The position numbers and the translations under genes are program-made. Below, one piece after another: positions 49,134 through 59,023 of a stretch of 64,000 nucleotides of DNA. Below the pieces are notes generated by a model. The model worked only from the letters and a program-made list of their open reading frames with translations, was not told the DNA's origin and ran no database searches. Location: contig JANRKO010000006.1 in assembly GCA_033763455.1 (NCBI GenBank), positions 32,001 through 96,000 on the forward strand, read 5' to 3'. Source of the DNA: Polyangiaceae bacterium. Lineage in GTDB: Bacteria; Myxococcota_A; Polyangia; Polyangiales; Polyangiaceae. The stretch's first letter is position 1. Every line of letters begins with the position of its first letter.

Positions 49134-50558
49134 TCAAACGAGGATACCTGGAAGTGGGCCTGTGCCGAATTCGGAGCTGCCGAAGCTGGTTGCGGGGACG
49201 CCGAATGCGTTCAACAAGGTAACGTGGAGCTTGTTGTGCGGCTGGCTGCCAAACGCCAAGTGTTGCCCGGTTTTGATTTTTCCTCCTGCGGTACCGAATA
49301 GGAAAGCTCGAATGTCGGTATAGGTGTGGCTTGAGGCGTAGGAGACTTCGGAACACCAGAGGGCCAAAGAATTGTCGAGGAGTGTAGCCCCGCCCTCATT
49401 GACCGAATCCATCTTTCCCAAAAGGTACGCCACTTCCCCGGCATACCAGCGATTGATCCACGCCATTTGTGCGTCGGACTGAGCATCACCGCCGCGATGT
49501 GAAATCGAGTGGTGATCTTGCGTGATCGTCCCGCAGCCGGAGCACCCCGTAGGATCGATCCACTCCAGGCGTTCAACCGAGCGGGCGTAGGAGTATTGGA
49601 GCGACGCCACTCGGGTGAGATTGCACGAAAGGGCGAGCACCATGAGGTCCGCCTGCTGGCGACCCACGACGGGGAAATTAGAGTGCAGATTGTGATCAGC
49701 AATCGGAGTAAAGCTGGTTGCTTGGTCACAAGAAACAGGCAGACCGTTCGCCTCGGCCGCCAGGCGCCGCTCTACCTCACGGATCATCGTTAGATGTTGA
49801 TCGAGCCTCGCCTTGTCGCTGGCCGGGACCGTGGCGTTCACGGTCTCGAACTCCTTGATCACAAAGTCGATGACGCTCTTGCGGCGAGCCAGGTTGGTGT
49901 TCAGCATCCCCGGAGGGGTTGTGGGTCCGCTCAAGTTGCTGAAGAGGCGGTTGTAAGCCGCGAGTGGGCTATCTTCTGGAGGGACTGGCGCGAGTGGGCC
50001 CGCGTAGCTCATTCGGCTAAAGGGGTGGTTGCCAAATCGCACTGAGGTTTGCACGCCAAAACCCAGCGATTTGTAAGGGCTAGCGCCGCCGATCTGGTTA
50101 GCCAACTCCTGATCCACGGATATCCCGTTGGCAAACCCCACGGGGTAATCCGGCGCTACCCCGGGCTCAGGATCGGCAACGGGCAAGGTCGGATCCACAG
50201 AAAAGACCTGACCGGTTAACATGTGACCCATACCAACAGAATGCTGATCCCCAACATCGCCCTCCGCTGCGCTAACCATGTCCACCCCACTCAAAGCCAA
50301 TAGCTTGTTTTTGAAGGGCAAGACTGGCGCCGATTCAATGCCCAAGGTGAAATTCGCGCCGTCCCCCTGGGGCATGAATTGACTCAGGTTGTTGGAGCCG
50401 TTGGGTGTGAATAGAACCAAGAACCGCGACTCGGGATTGGCGGCCCTTGCGGCACGTGGCGCAAAGGCCTCCAGGAAGGGCAACCCCACCGCGATGCCGC
50501 CGGCAGCAGCGAGAAATCGACGGCGCGCTAATGAGCTGGTTTTTGTGTTCGTTGGCAT
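49134..50558 (-). CDS. DUF1552 family protein with a Tat-like leader
   Basis: ARRRFLAAAGGIAVGLPFLE, FTPNG, DKARLDQHL..IREVERR, CNLTRVA, DHHSISH, TLLDNS. Confidence 0.93.
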   Translation of the reverse strand: MPTNTKTSSLARRRFLAAAGGIAVGLPFLEAFAPRAARAANPESRFLVLFTPNGSNNLSQFMPQGDGANFTLGIESAPVLPFKNKLLALSGVDMVSAAEGDVGDQHSVGMGHMLTGQVFSVDPTLPVADPEPGVAPDYPVGFANGISVDQELANQIGGASPYKSLGFGVQTSVRFGNHPFSRMSYAGPLAPVPPEDSPLAAYNRLFSNLSGPTTPPGMLNTNLARRKSVIDFVIKEFETVNATVPASDKARLDQHLTMIREVERRLAAEANGLPVSCDQATSFTPIADHNLHSNFPVVGRQQADLMVLALSCNLTRVASLQYSYARSVERLEWIDPTGCSGCGTITQDHHSISHRGGDAQSDAQMAWINRWYAGEVAYLLGKMDSVNEGGATLLDNSLALWCSEVSYASSHTYTDIRAFLFGTAGGKIKTGQHLAFGSQPHNKLHVTLLNAFGVPATSFGSSEFGTGPLPGILV

Positions 50559-50571
50559 GTGGCGGCTCCTG

Positions 50572-52353
50572 CTAGGGCACTTTGCGATAGAGAAAAGTAT
50601 CCGTCTGTGTGAGCGCTACTAGAAGGTCGCGGATGTCGCCCTTGGAATTGGCGAAGGTAGCTCGGAGCTGTTCCATGGCGCAGGCGTCTTCCTGAGCTTC
50701 CACCCGGCCATAGGCAAAGTGAAACCACCTGGTAGCGGCACAGTCACTCACCACGCGACTTGTCCCTAGCTTTGCACCGAGCTCCACCGCGCCAACGAAC
50801 GGCCCGTCGACATCGGTGTCGGTGAGCATTCCAGTCGCGTCGATAGGCTTTCCAGCTTCTTCGGTGCGCCACCGACCGACGGCGTCATAATGCTCCATAC
50901 CGAGGCCAATGGGATCGAGCTTCTGGTGGCACTGCGCGCACGCCGCATTGCTGGTGTGAGCAGCAAAGCGTTCTCGCGTCGTGAGCGCCGGGTCAAACGC
51001 GGGCACCATGATGTTGAGGTTGGTAGGGGGCGGGGAAGGCGTCTGGCAAAGAATGCTATCGCGGACAAAGAAGCCGCGCGTCACCGGGTTACCTTGCGTG
51101 GGGGTGGAGTGCCCAGCTAAGAGGCCCGCAAGGGTTAAGAGGCCCGACCTCTGAGTTGGTGGCTGCGACACCGCAACCAATGCGGTTGTGGAACCGGGTG
51201 CGCTCAGCCCATAGAACGCCGCCAAGGCATCATTCATGAACGAGTCGGGAGATTGAAGCAGTGCGGATAAGGTGCCCGCGCCGTCGAATACCGTGCGCTC
51301 CACGAAGGTATTGGCTTCCTCCCGCATCAACTGGGCAACCTCTGGTGTGAAGTCCGGAAAGAGCGTTGCATCCTTGGTGAGCTGCCCCATTGCCATGAAA
51401 TCCAACCACTGCGAGTGAAAGCTCACCACGTTGGATCGAGCCTTGGGGTTTTGAACAAGCCGCCGAGCTTGCGCCGCCACTTGCTCTTTGGTGGCCAGCT
51501 CCCCCCGTGCCGCGGCTCCGAGAAGCTCAGCATCCGGAGAACTCTGCGTGAGAGTGTACGAAAGGCGCGTAGCGCGCTCATACGGGCCGACCTCCACTAC
51601 GCCGGGTGCAGCCGGAAGCGCGGGGCCCGCGGTTTCCTGGAGTTCCATGCGGTACAGGAACTGCGGCGTCTGCAGGATAGCTGCGACCAGCATTGGAACC
51701 GCCTGAGCGAATCCGTAACTTGCCTTGGCCCCTTGGTAGAAAGCCCAATACCGGGCCTTTTCGGCCGGCGGGAGCGGGCGCCGAAAACTCTTCAACCCAA
51801 ACGAATTCAAGAACTGGTCCGCGCAAGCATCTTCTCCTGCGGTCGCAGGGTCACATCCGAGCAAGGCCGGCAGATCCTGACCCGCTGTTCCCGCCAGCAG
51901 AGTGGCCGCCGACTCGTATTGCTCAGCCAGTACCTGGCTTACGGAGCGAACAGTCGCGTTATTGTCGAATTGGTGGGCTCTCTCCTCCAAAGGGAACGCC
52001 CGAGCTGGTTTGGTGGTGATGCCAAGGATGGCCTCGACGGTGTTGTCGTACTCGGTATGGTTCAGCCTCCGAAGTGGCGCTGCTCCCGGCGAAACAAGCG
52101 TTGGGTTTAGGCACGGACCCACCGCGCCCCCGCCGCCCGCCGACGTTGCCCCACTACTCACAAGGCCGGCGCCGCCCGATGCAGAGCTGTCCCCGGACCC
52201 GAGCGCAGCCCCGCCGCTCCCAGTGGATACGCCAGTGTTGGTAACCGACGACGGACCGGCGCTCCGCTGCGCGGAGGTCGAGCATCCGACAAATGCCAAC
52301 GCTGCGCTGAGCATGAGCCCGCCTGACTTCAAGCCTGGAGGTCCTAGACGCAT
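50572..52353 (-). CDS. DUF1592-family lipoprotein with a CxxCH motif
   Basis: ATG 52353 follows GAGGA. Lipobox AFVGC, PLRRLNHTEYDNTV, FLYRME, CAQCH..LDPIG. Confidence 0.92.
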   Translation of the reverse strand: MRLGPPGLKSGGLMLSAALAFVGCSTSAQRSAGPSSVTNTGVSTGSGGAALGSGDSSASGGAGLVSSGATSAGGGGAVGPCLNPTLVSPGAAPLRRLNHTEYDNTVEAILGITTKPARAFPLEERAHQFDNNATVRSVSQVLAEQYESAATLLAGTAGQDLPALLGCDPATAGEDACADQFLNSFGLKSFRRPLPPAEKARYWAFYQGAKASYGFAQAVPMLVAAILQTPQFLYRMELQETAGPALPAAPGVVEVGPYERATRLSYTLTQSSPDAELLGAAARGELATKEQVAAQARRLVQNPKARSNVVSFHSQWLDFMAMGQLTKDATLFPDFTPEVAQLMREEANTFVERTVFDGAGTLSALLQSPDSFMNDALAAFYGLSAPGSTTALVAVSQPPTQRSGLLTLAGLLAGHSTPTQGNPVTRGFFVRDSILCQTPSPPPTNLNIMVPAFDPALTTRERFAAHTSNAACAQCHQKLDPIGLGMEHYDAVGRWRTEEAGKPIDATGMLTDTDVDGPFVGAVELGAKLGTSRVVSDCAATRWFHFAYGRVEAQEDACAMEQLRATFANSKGDIRDLLVALTQTDTFLYRKVP

Positions 52354-52558
52354 AGATCGATCCTCTCGCTCCGTTTGCCACATCCGGTGCCGGTCACAGC
52401 CCGAGCCCAACTTTGGCTTTGAGCAGTAGGTGACCACCGACAGCCGGTAGCCAAAGCAAGGATGACAGACATGAACTTAGTTGTCAGCGAACAGTATTCG
52501 TCATGGTCCCACTATTTTGATCATGTCTTGCGTGCGCCTGTGTTCTAATAGTGCATGA

Positions 52559-53491
52559 GTGAGCTCCATAAGGTGCGCTGCGTGGCAGCACCCCGATTGG
52601 CGCTCCAGGATTCAACCCATGCTCGCTCTGAATCGCCCGTATTCTCCATGGATCCACCTGGCTGGCACTGAGAGGCGCGGCTCGCGTTGGGCGGTGGTGC
52701 AGCGGGTGGTTGCCCATTATGTCCTGGTCGTGAACTACCAAGGCACGGAGGACATTGTTATCGCCGGCAATGCCTACGAGATCCCCGAAAAGGGAGCATA
52801 TCTCGTCCAACCAGGTGTGTTCATGGAGCGCATTGGCTCGCAGAAAGGGAGCCGCCCTGCATGGATCCATTTCGATCTCATCTATAACGAGCGCCGCAAT
52901 GAGCACAAGAATACCTATTCGTTCGATGGCTTGGAGGGGCGGGAACATCTGCTACAGCCGACAGCCAAGAGCGTGTGGGGTGTAGATCTGCCAGTACTGG
53001 TACCCAAGGCGTTGCTGCCCATGTTCACCCGAAGCGTCGACACCATCGTTCGTCGCTGGTTAACAGGTGACCCCTACGATCAGCTCTTCGCAAACCACGA
53101 ACTGCTAGGGCTCCTTCATGCATGGGTGCAGTACGAGCTACCAAGGAGCCTAGAAACGCTCGACATAGCGCCGGAAACGCGGTTGCGCCGAGCTGAAGCC
53201 AACGCAAGGTTAAACCTGGCCAAGAATTATGGCGTGGACGACTTTGCACGGGCAGCGGGGCTCGGAAGAGCGCAGTTCGCCCGTATCTTCAAGCAAGTGC
53301 GGGGCCTTCGCCCAGGAGAAGCGTTGAGGGATATGCGCATTGGCGAAGCCGAAAGGTTGCTTCGAACAACGCAGCTCAGCATTCAGGAAATTGGCCGTCG
53401 CGTGGGCTATCCTAATATCACAGTGCTAGCGCGCCTCTTTCGAGAACGACACGGTCTCAGCCCAACCGAATGGAGAGAAATGCATAGGTAG
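52559..53491 (+). CDS. AraC family regulator, divergent from the DUF1592 operon
   Basis: WIHFDL and LSIQEIGRRVGY...FRERHGLSPTEWR. The start is uncertain (52559 or 52619). Confidence 0.88.
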   Translation: MSSIRCAAWQHPDWRSRIQPMLALNRPYSPWIHLAGTERRGSRWAVVQRVVAHYVLVVNYQGTEDIVIAGNAYEIPEKGAYLVQPGVFMERIGSQKGSRPAWIHFDLIYNERRNEHKNTYSFDGLEGREHLLQPTAKSVWGVDLPVLVPKALLPMFTRSVDTIVRRWLTGDPYDQLFANHELLGLLHAWVQYELPRSLETLDIAPETRLRRAEANARLNLAKNYGVDDFARAAGLGRAQFARIFKQVRGLRPGEALRDMRIGEAERLLRTTQLSIQEIGRRVGYPNITVLARLFRERHGLSPTEWREMHR

Positions 53492-54040
53492 CGCGTTCAG
53501 CCCGCGCTCAGGGATGCTTGGCGAAAACGTCCTAAAAGCGGGAAGCACGACCTGACCGGTTGTTGGCAAGACGACTTGAGCCATACCCGCCTGGGTTACC
53601 TGCGATGCCTCCGTATTTCGGTCGTCGAATCCCTGGAGTTCCAGCGTTAAATTGCCAGTTGTGCGGTTCACGAGAAACAAAGACTTCCCAGATTTGCTCA
53701 TCACGCCAAGCGGAACAATAGCTTGGGCGTCTTCAGTAGTAGCGCCCACCACGCTGCCGAGAGCGAGGCGATTAAAGAGCTCAAATACGTACGAAGCCGG
53801 GCGAGGCTTGAGTGCGGAATCAAGCTTTCCGTACCAACCGTCAGCTTCGTTCCAGGCCGCGCTCCCTGTAATATCCACTTTAGCAAAACCAACCAATGCC
53901 AATGCATCAAAGACGGCACCTTCGGCGCCGTTCATGCGTACGTCCGGCGGGGCGTAAGAGATATTGTATTCGTTGTGAAAAACCTCAAGCGTGATGCTCT
54001 GGTCCTTAGTTGGGGAGAAGCGGCCCCATGAAAAACATCC
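53426..54040 (-). pseudogene. C-terminal remnant of a clan-A glycoside hydrolase (GH39-like)
   Basis: The frame is open up to an in-frame stop at 54041-54043: LEVFHNEYNISYAPPDVRMNGAEGAVFDAL...WNEADGWYG...RPA, then a beta-sandwich (LFLVN). It has no N-terminal half and its 3' end runs into the AraC gene. Confidence 0.55.
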
Positions 54041-54194
54041 TCAGCTTCTCAAAGGCACTCGACTGGTAGCCAAAGGCCGCCAAGGCGACGCTTGAGGTAA
54101 TCTGCGAGGCGTTGCCCCCATCGCAACGGGCGAGAGTCTGTTAGCGCGAATCACCCGAGCCTGCGTGACACAATTGGCATCGTGCGAACTTGTC

Positions 54195-54608
54195 TCAGGG
54201 CTCGTGAATTACCAGCCGAGCTCCAGCCAAGCCGAGGTGGAAATCTGTCGACCAGCAAGGTTCGATTTTCTTGGCCATCATGATGTGCAGCCCCAGGGCA
54301 TCGGTTAGCGTGAGCTCCTGATCGTCAAACCGTCGCGCAACCTCTGAGGCGGCTTGAATATCCTTCGCTCCTACCGAAAGCACACAGAGCGGCGTCAGGG
54401 CCTCAGCGAAGGCCAAGAACTGCTACGCCCGGTTGCGATCATATCGGCGCAGAAACCAAGCACGTCCCTCTGAAATCACAAGAGCCGTGGTGAACAAGCG
54501 CGGAGGCGACGCGAAGAGCCGCCTGAACAAAAAATGGTACGAGTCCGAACGATCTAGCAGCGCAACGAAGGCCGAGGTGTCGACATACGCATCAGGGCTT
54601 GCCGCCGT
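54195..54608 (-). pseudogene. vapC: VapC/PIN toxin with an in-frame TAG at 54425-54423
   Basis: YVDTSAFVAL...VISE...RA*QFLAF...LTLTDA...STDFHL. The two track ORFs share one frame. The likely start position reads ACG. Confidence 0.85.
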
Positions 54609-54816
54609 AGACGACCTCGTCAATGCTTTGGCTCGATTTCGAGTCGCCACTTTCCACCATCCCAGCAAAGCGCATCCATGGCTTTGAGTCATCCACGGGA
54701 AGTAGCGTCCGCAGGGATCGCCGGAGCAACTCGGCAAGAGAAACGCCGAGCCGCTCGGCCTCCGCCTTGGCTGCTTCGTACTCCTCTTCTGTGAGACTTA
54801 CGTGGGTGCGAACCAT
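54592..54816 (-). CDS. CopG/RHH antitoxin (VapB-like)
   Basis: MVRTHVSLTEEEYEAAKAEAERLGVSLAELLRR...SIDEVVYG, overlapping the PIN gene. Confidence 0.88.
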   Translation of the reverse strand: MVRTHVSLTEEEYEAAKAEAERLGVSLAELLRRSLRTLLPVDDSKPWMRFAGMVESGDSKSSQSIDEVVYGGKP

Positions 54817-54818
54817 AG

Positions 54819-54847
54819 TGATAACAGCATGCCACGAAGTGTTATCA
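54819..54847. promoter_or_regulatory. Inverted repeat TGATAACA-N13-TGTTATCA, probable toxin-antitoxin operator
   Basis: Perfect 8-bp arms ending 2 nt upstream of the antitoxin ATG. Confidence 0.7.
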
Positions 54848-54940
54848 TCGGCAACCCTTCAGGGCGGAACGCAAAGAGATGCTCGGCGACTAAGCATCCC
54901 GCATGAGCGGGGCTTTTGGCTCGCAAATGCGAGCGCCACT

Positions 54941-57007
54941 TCAAATCGACGTTTGAAGTCGTTCCACTTCCACCCGCGCATCGTTGTAAGTGGCTTGCCC
55001 ACCGAGATCTGCAAGCGATTCGCCGATAAGCGCATTCGCAGTGTTGCCATTTTTCGTGTGGTGCCCCCAAAGCCCTTTGGGCAACACCACGACGCCTGTG
55101 CGCACTTCTGTGGAGAGCCGCACATCTACCCAGACTTCGCCAAGCTCGTTCCAAACGCGCACGGTATCACCTGCTTTGATGCCTCTCAAAGTTGCATCGT
55201 GAGGATGCATTTCGAGCGCGACGCAGCCTTTCCTTAGGTTACCGAACGTAGAGCTGATCTGTTGGGCAATTGCGGGCGAAATGAGGGCAAGCGGGAAGCG
55301 TTCACTTTTCGGATCTGCTCGGTAGTTATAGAGGCCATTGGCTTCTCGATCCAAAGCTTCGGGCACCAAATGGATCTTTTCGTCGGGTGTTGTTGGGAAA
55401 ACATCCATGAACGCAATGGGGTGTGCACCTGAGAGCGGCTCTGCAACGCCAGCTTGCTCCAATTGCTGTCGCAGGACGGCTCCTTCTGGCGTGGCTTGAA
55501 AGATGGCGTCAGAGATTTCCTGATCGGTGTTGGGATCGCCGGGTCGTGTGAGCGAAAGGCGCTGGCTGAGCTCGAAGAACAGCTCGGTATTGCTGCGAGC
55601 TTCACCTATGGGTGCCAGCACTGCTTTAGAATCGTAGAGCCGCATGGTGCCGTAACCACGACGGACTTCTCGGTGCTCAAGGAACGTAGTGGCTGGCAGG
55701 ATAACGTCCGCCAAAAGTGCGGTCTCTGTCACGGTTTGTTCGTGCACCACTACAAACAGGTCGTTGCGCGCAAGGGCGTGCCGTACTCCGTTTTGGTTCG
55801 GCGTCGTGGCCACGGGGTTCGCGTTGTAGACGAAAAGTGCCTCAATTCGTGGGTTCTCTGTTTCGTTGAGCACGCTCGCGAGTTGGCTCATGTTGAGGCC
55901 TCGGGTGGTGCTGGGAGGTTCTGCAATTCCGGGCTCCGCGTTGATACCGAAACGCGCATCCCCGTTTGAAAGTGTGTAGCCACCTCCGCGAACTCCGAAT
56001 TTCCCAGCCACAGCAGGTAGAGCGAGTACGGCGGCCACAGCACTACCGCCATTCCTGTTGCGTTCGAGGCCCCAGCCCGCTCGCACCGCAGCAGGCTCGG
56101 AGTGGGCATAGAGCTCGATGAAGCGCTCCAGCGTGGCCTCGGGGATGCCGCCTTCATTGGCAGCACGGGCAACTGTCCATTCGCGCGCTCGCTTCTCCAA
56201 TTCTTCGGCGCCCACGGTGTGCGCTGCTAAGAATTCCTTCGCTGCCAAGCCCCGCTCGAAGAGTGCCGCGATAACAGCCAGGGCCACGGGAAGGTCTGTG
56301 CCTGGACGGAGCGCGAGGTGCAAATCGGCTTTTCTTGCCAGCGGAGTGCTCCGGGGGTCGACCACCACCAGCTTGGCACCTCTCTCCCGTGCGCGTTCGA
56401 TGATGGGCACGAGGTGAATACCTGTAGCCGAAGGATTCACTCCCCAAAGCACAATGAGCCGAGAATGTTCGTAATCTTCCAAGGGCACGCCCGGCAGATG
56501 TCCATAGAGCCCACGTGTTGCAGCTGTGGTTGCGCACGCACACAGCGTACGCAAGCAACGCGAAGCACCAAGGCGTCGGAAGAAGCGTTCGGCGGTGCCA
56601 CCTTCGCTGATCCAGCCGTTGGAGCCGCCATAATGGTAGGGGAAAATGGCCTCCCCGCCCGCCCGGTCGCGGATCTCGCGCAGGCGGCCCGCAACCAGTG
56701 AGAGCGCTTCTTCCCACGAAGCACGGCGAAATTCAGCGGCAAGTGCGCGCTTTCTGGGAGGATGGCTCGACCCTGCATCGGGATGTTTGGGTGCCACCCG
56801 AACCATCGGGTAAAGGACGCGTTCATCTGAATACAGGTAGCGGTCGATGTTGCGTACCTTACCGCAGATGAAACCTGCGGTGATAGGCGAACGCTCACCG
56901 CCGTTCACGCGCAAGAGCTTGCCGGAGGTTTGGTCGACCTCTACTTTGAGGTCACAAATATCCGGGCAATCGAGCGGACACGCCGTATGTTGCACCTCAA
57001 GGCTCAT
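54941..57007 (-). CDS. Molybdopterin oxidoreductase family protein
   Basis: TACPLDCPDIC...GFICGK (4Fe-4S), LIVLWGVNP, VVVDPR, ADVILPAT and a C-terminal binding domain (MHPHDA...N). Confidence 0.92.
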   Translation of the reverse strand: MSLEVQHTACPLDCPDICDLKVEVDQTSGKLLRVNGGERSPITAGFICGKVRNIDRYLYSDERVLYPMVRVAPKHPDAGSSHPPRKRALAAEFRRASWEEALSLVAGRLREIRDRAGGEAIFPYHYGGSNGWISEGGTAERFFRRLGASRCLRTLCACATTAATRGLYGHLPGVPLEDYEHSRLIVLWGVNPSATGIHLVPIIERARERGAKLVVVDPRSTPLARKADLHLALRPGTDLPVALAVIAALFERGLAAKEFLAAHTVGAEELEKRAREWTVARAANEGGIPEATLERFIELYAHSEPAAVRAGWGLERNRNGGSAVAAVLALPAVAGKFGVRGGGYTLSNGDARFGINAEPGIAEPPSTTRGLNMSQLASVLNETENPRIEALFVYNANPVATTPNQNGVRHALARNDLFVVVHEQTVTETALLADVILPATTFLEHREVRRGYGTMRLYDSKAVLAPIGEARSNTELFFELSQRLSLTRPGDPNTDQEISDAIFQATPEGAVLRQQLEQAGVAEPLSGAHPIAFMDVFPTTPDEKIHLVPEALDREANGLYNYRADPKSERFPLALISPAIAQQISSTFGNLRKGCVALEMHPHDATLRGIKAGDTVRVWNELGEVWVDVRLSTEVRTGVVVLPKGLWGHHTKNGNTANALIGESLADLGGQATYNDARVEVERLQTSI

Positions 57008-57296
57008 GGTGCGGCCGTTTCTCCTGAGCGGTGAGGTCGATTCGTTGCTTTAGCCTTCTAAACCTGAAGAGGCCAAAGAGGCCGAGTGCTCCCGATAGCG
57101 GGATGAGAGCAATAGCGAAGGCGACTACCGCCCTATCATCCGCGAAGAGCTTCAGCAGTGTTACTGCTGATATCAACATCATGATGGTGGTGCGCGCGTA
57201 GGCCAGCAGCGTGCGCTCGTTGGCCAGGTGCGTTCTCTCCAGAGCGAGGTAGTCCCGAACGATGAGGTCAGTTTTTTCGGCTCTGTCGTAAGCCAT
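56997..57296 (-). CDS. DUF202 (YidH-like) membrane protein
   Basis: RDYLALERTHLANERTLLAYART followed by two TM helices. Confidence 0.9.
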   Translation of the reverse strand: MAYDRAEKTDLIVRDYLALERTHLANERTLLAYARTTIMMLISAVTLLKLFADDRAVVAFAIALIPLSGALGLFGLFRFRRLKQRIDLTAQEKRPHHEP

Positions 57297-57348
57297 GTGG
57301 GAGTGCTTGGAGGGGCTAGTTGTGCTGTTGCTCTAGCGGGTTGCCATC

Positions 57349-57942
57349 CTACACGGAGGCCGCCCACGGCGCGCCTTGCTGCCGCACCATGGCTTCGAGC
57401 GTATGCTTGGGGCAAACATAGTCTTTCATGAATTGCACAAGAGCTGCGGCGAGCCCCCGCAACGCTTTGGCCGAGCCTTCATCGGTGACAGCTCCACTAT
57501 CGTCAAAAGCACCGCGCACGCCGGCGATGGAAACGGCGGCCGGCAGCACGATGGCGCCGGCATGTGCGCACACGCCGCGTAACTGCTCCAGCGACTTGAT
57601 CGCGCCGATGCGGCCCGCCGCCACACCCAGAAGCGCCACCGGTTTGCCGGCTAAGGCGGACGGAAAGCCTAGGTTTTCTATGATCAGTTTGGTCATAGCA
57701 GAGAAGGTGCCGTGGTATTCTGGAGTCGCTAGCACGATTGCGGGCGCTTGCTTCACTGCCGCGAGCAGGCGTTCCGCGTCGGGCGTCGACGGTTGCCCGG
57801 GGAACCCAAGCGTGATGGTGCGCGCGTCGACAGTCTCGGTGGTGGAGCCAAGCCTGGTCAGCTCAGCGGCCACAATAGCGAGGGCTCGGGAGGTGTAATT
57901 GTCGGGGCGGCTTGAGCCGGAAATGCACACGATGGGGTTCAT
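57349..57942 (-). CDS. NADPH-dependent FMN reductase
   Basis: ISGSSRP, ATPEYHG, LAGKPV...G..GA. ATG 57942 lies 7 nt after TATGCT. Confidence 0.9.
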   Translation of the reverse strand: MNPIVCISGSSRPDNYTSRALAIVAAELTRLGSTTETVDARTITLGFPGQPSTPDAERLLAAVKQAPAIVLATPEYHGTFSAMTKLIIENLGFPSALAGKPVALLGVAAGRIGAIKSLEQLRGVCAHAGAIVLPAAVSIAGVRGAFDDSGAVTDEGSAKALRGLAAALVQFMKDYVCPKHTLEAMVRQQGAPWAASV

Positions 57943-58097
57943 GCGGCGCAGCATAGGGCTCAAGTGGGCCAGAGCAACCCAGACGACGGGCTCACTCCAG
58001 GTCGTTCGCCAGATCCTGCGCGGAGGCTTCGGCAGGTGGCTCGGAACTCGCGCTCTCAGGGCGAGCATTCCTACGAAATTGGCCCGGTGTTAGCCCC

Positions 58098-58796
58098 GTG
58101 AGCCGTTTGAAGGCAGTGGTCATGATCGACGGGCTAAAGAGCCACACTCAAGTTGGGGAGGATGCTGGGCACGGCAACGGCTTCATGACTTTGGGTTGTA
58201 CGCCGTTGACACCGGCCCCTGGCAGTCCGGACTTCTTCATTCCTGGCGGGATCACGTTCGCCCAGCACCTAGCGAAAACCATCAGTTCGAGCACCGTCCG
58301 GCGGTCAGTGCTGATTGCGCAGGGCAGCAAGCCGGACGACGAATTCAAATCCAACATGTTCGCCGAGGACCGCAACAAGCCGCTGCCGGCGTTCCAGAGC
58401 CCGACATCCTTGTACAAAGATCTGTTCGGCGACGGCATGGCGCAGGCCGCCGGAGTCGGTACAGAGGCTCCGAACAATCGGCTGCTTTTTGACGGAGTTC
58501 CTCACAATTACCACTTCACCTTCGAGCTCAATACCAAGTTCAAGTACAAGAAGGGGCAAGTGTTCACGTTCTTTGGGGATGATGACCTTTGGGTGTTCAT
58601 CGATAAGAAGCTGGCCTTGGATGCCGGCGGCCTGCACGGCCGACATGAAGCAGATGTGCAGCTTGATACGCTTAATTTGGTAGAGGGGATGGAGTACGAG
58701 TTGAGCGTATTCCACGCCGAGCGTCGCACGGATCAGTCGAACTTCGAGGTGACCACCAACATCACGTTTACGAACTGCAATCCCATTTTGCGGTAG
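58098..58796 (+). pseudogene. Chimeric ORF: internal DUF1552-like fragment fused to a fibro-slime C-terminus
   Basis: VMIDGL...GH...GGITFAQHLA...SPTSLYKDLFG, then HNYHFTFEL...GDDDLWVFI...FHAERRT. No signal peptide. Confidence 0.7.
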
Positions 58797-58854
58797 ATTC
58801 GCGCTCGAAATAGTTGGGTGCTCAGCCTCAAATTGAGTGGGTGCTCCGCAAAGA

Positions 58855-58888
58855 AAGAGCCGTCGCCCTCAACCGGGCGACGGCTCTT
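58855..58888 (-). terminator. Intrinsic terminator with a perfect 14-bp stem
   Basis: AAGAGCCGTCGCCC, 6-nt loop, GGGCGACGGCTCTT. The minus strand continues TCTTT. Confidence 0.8.
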
Positions 58889-58924
58889 CTGCATGGTGAC
58901 CAACGCGCTGCGACGGTACTAATG

Positions 58925-59011
58925 TCAGCCCCTGCGCTTCGGGCTGTCGCCAGTGTCGCCGAAGCGGATGCCCAGCATGGGGCGGATGACCAGCATGGGC
59001 GTCGCATTCAC
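58925..59011 (-). other. Putative leader peptide (V/M)NATPMLVIRPMLGIRFGDTGDSPKRRG containing an 18-bp tandem repeat
   Basis: GTG 59011 to TGA 58925. Repeat copies at 58964-58981 and 58982-58999 differ by one base. The ORF ends 36 nt before the terminator. Confidence 0.4.
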
Positions 59012-59023
59012 TAAACCCCGCGA

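Noticed and set aside
54423..54425. Pyrrolysine or programmed readthrough of the vapC TAG
   Set aside because: No supporting genes in the window, a non-catalytic position, and the start also looks damaged.
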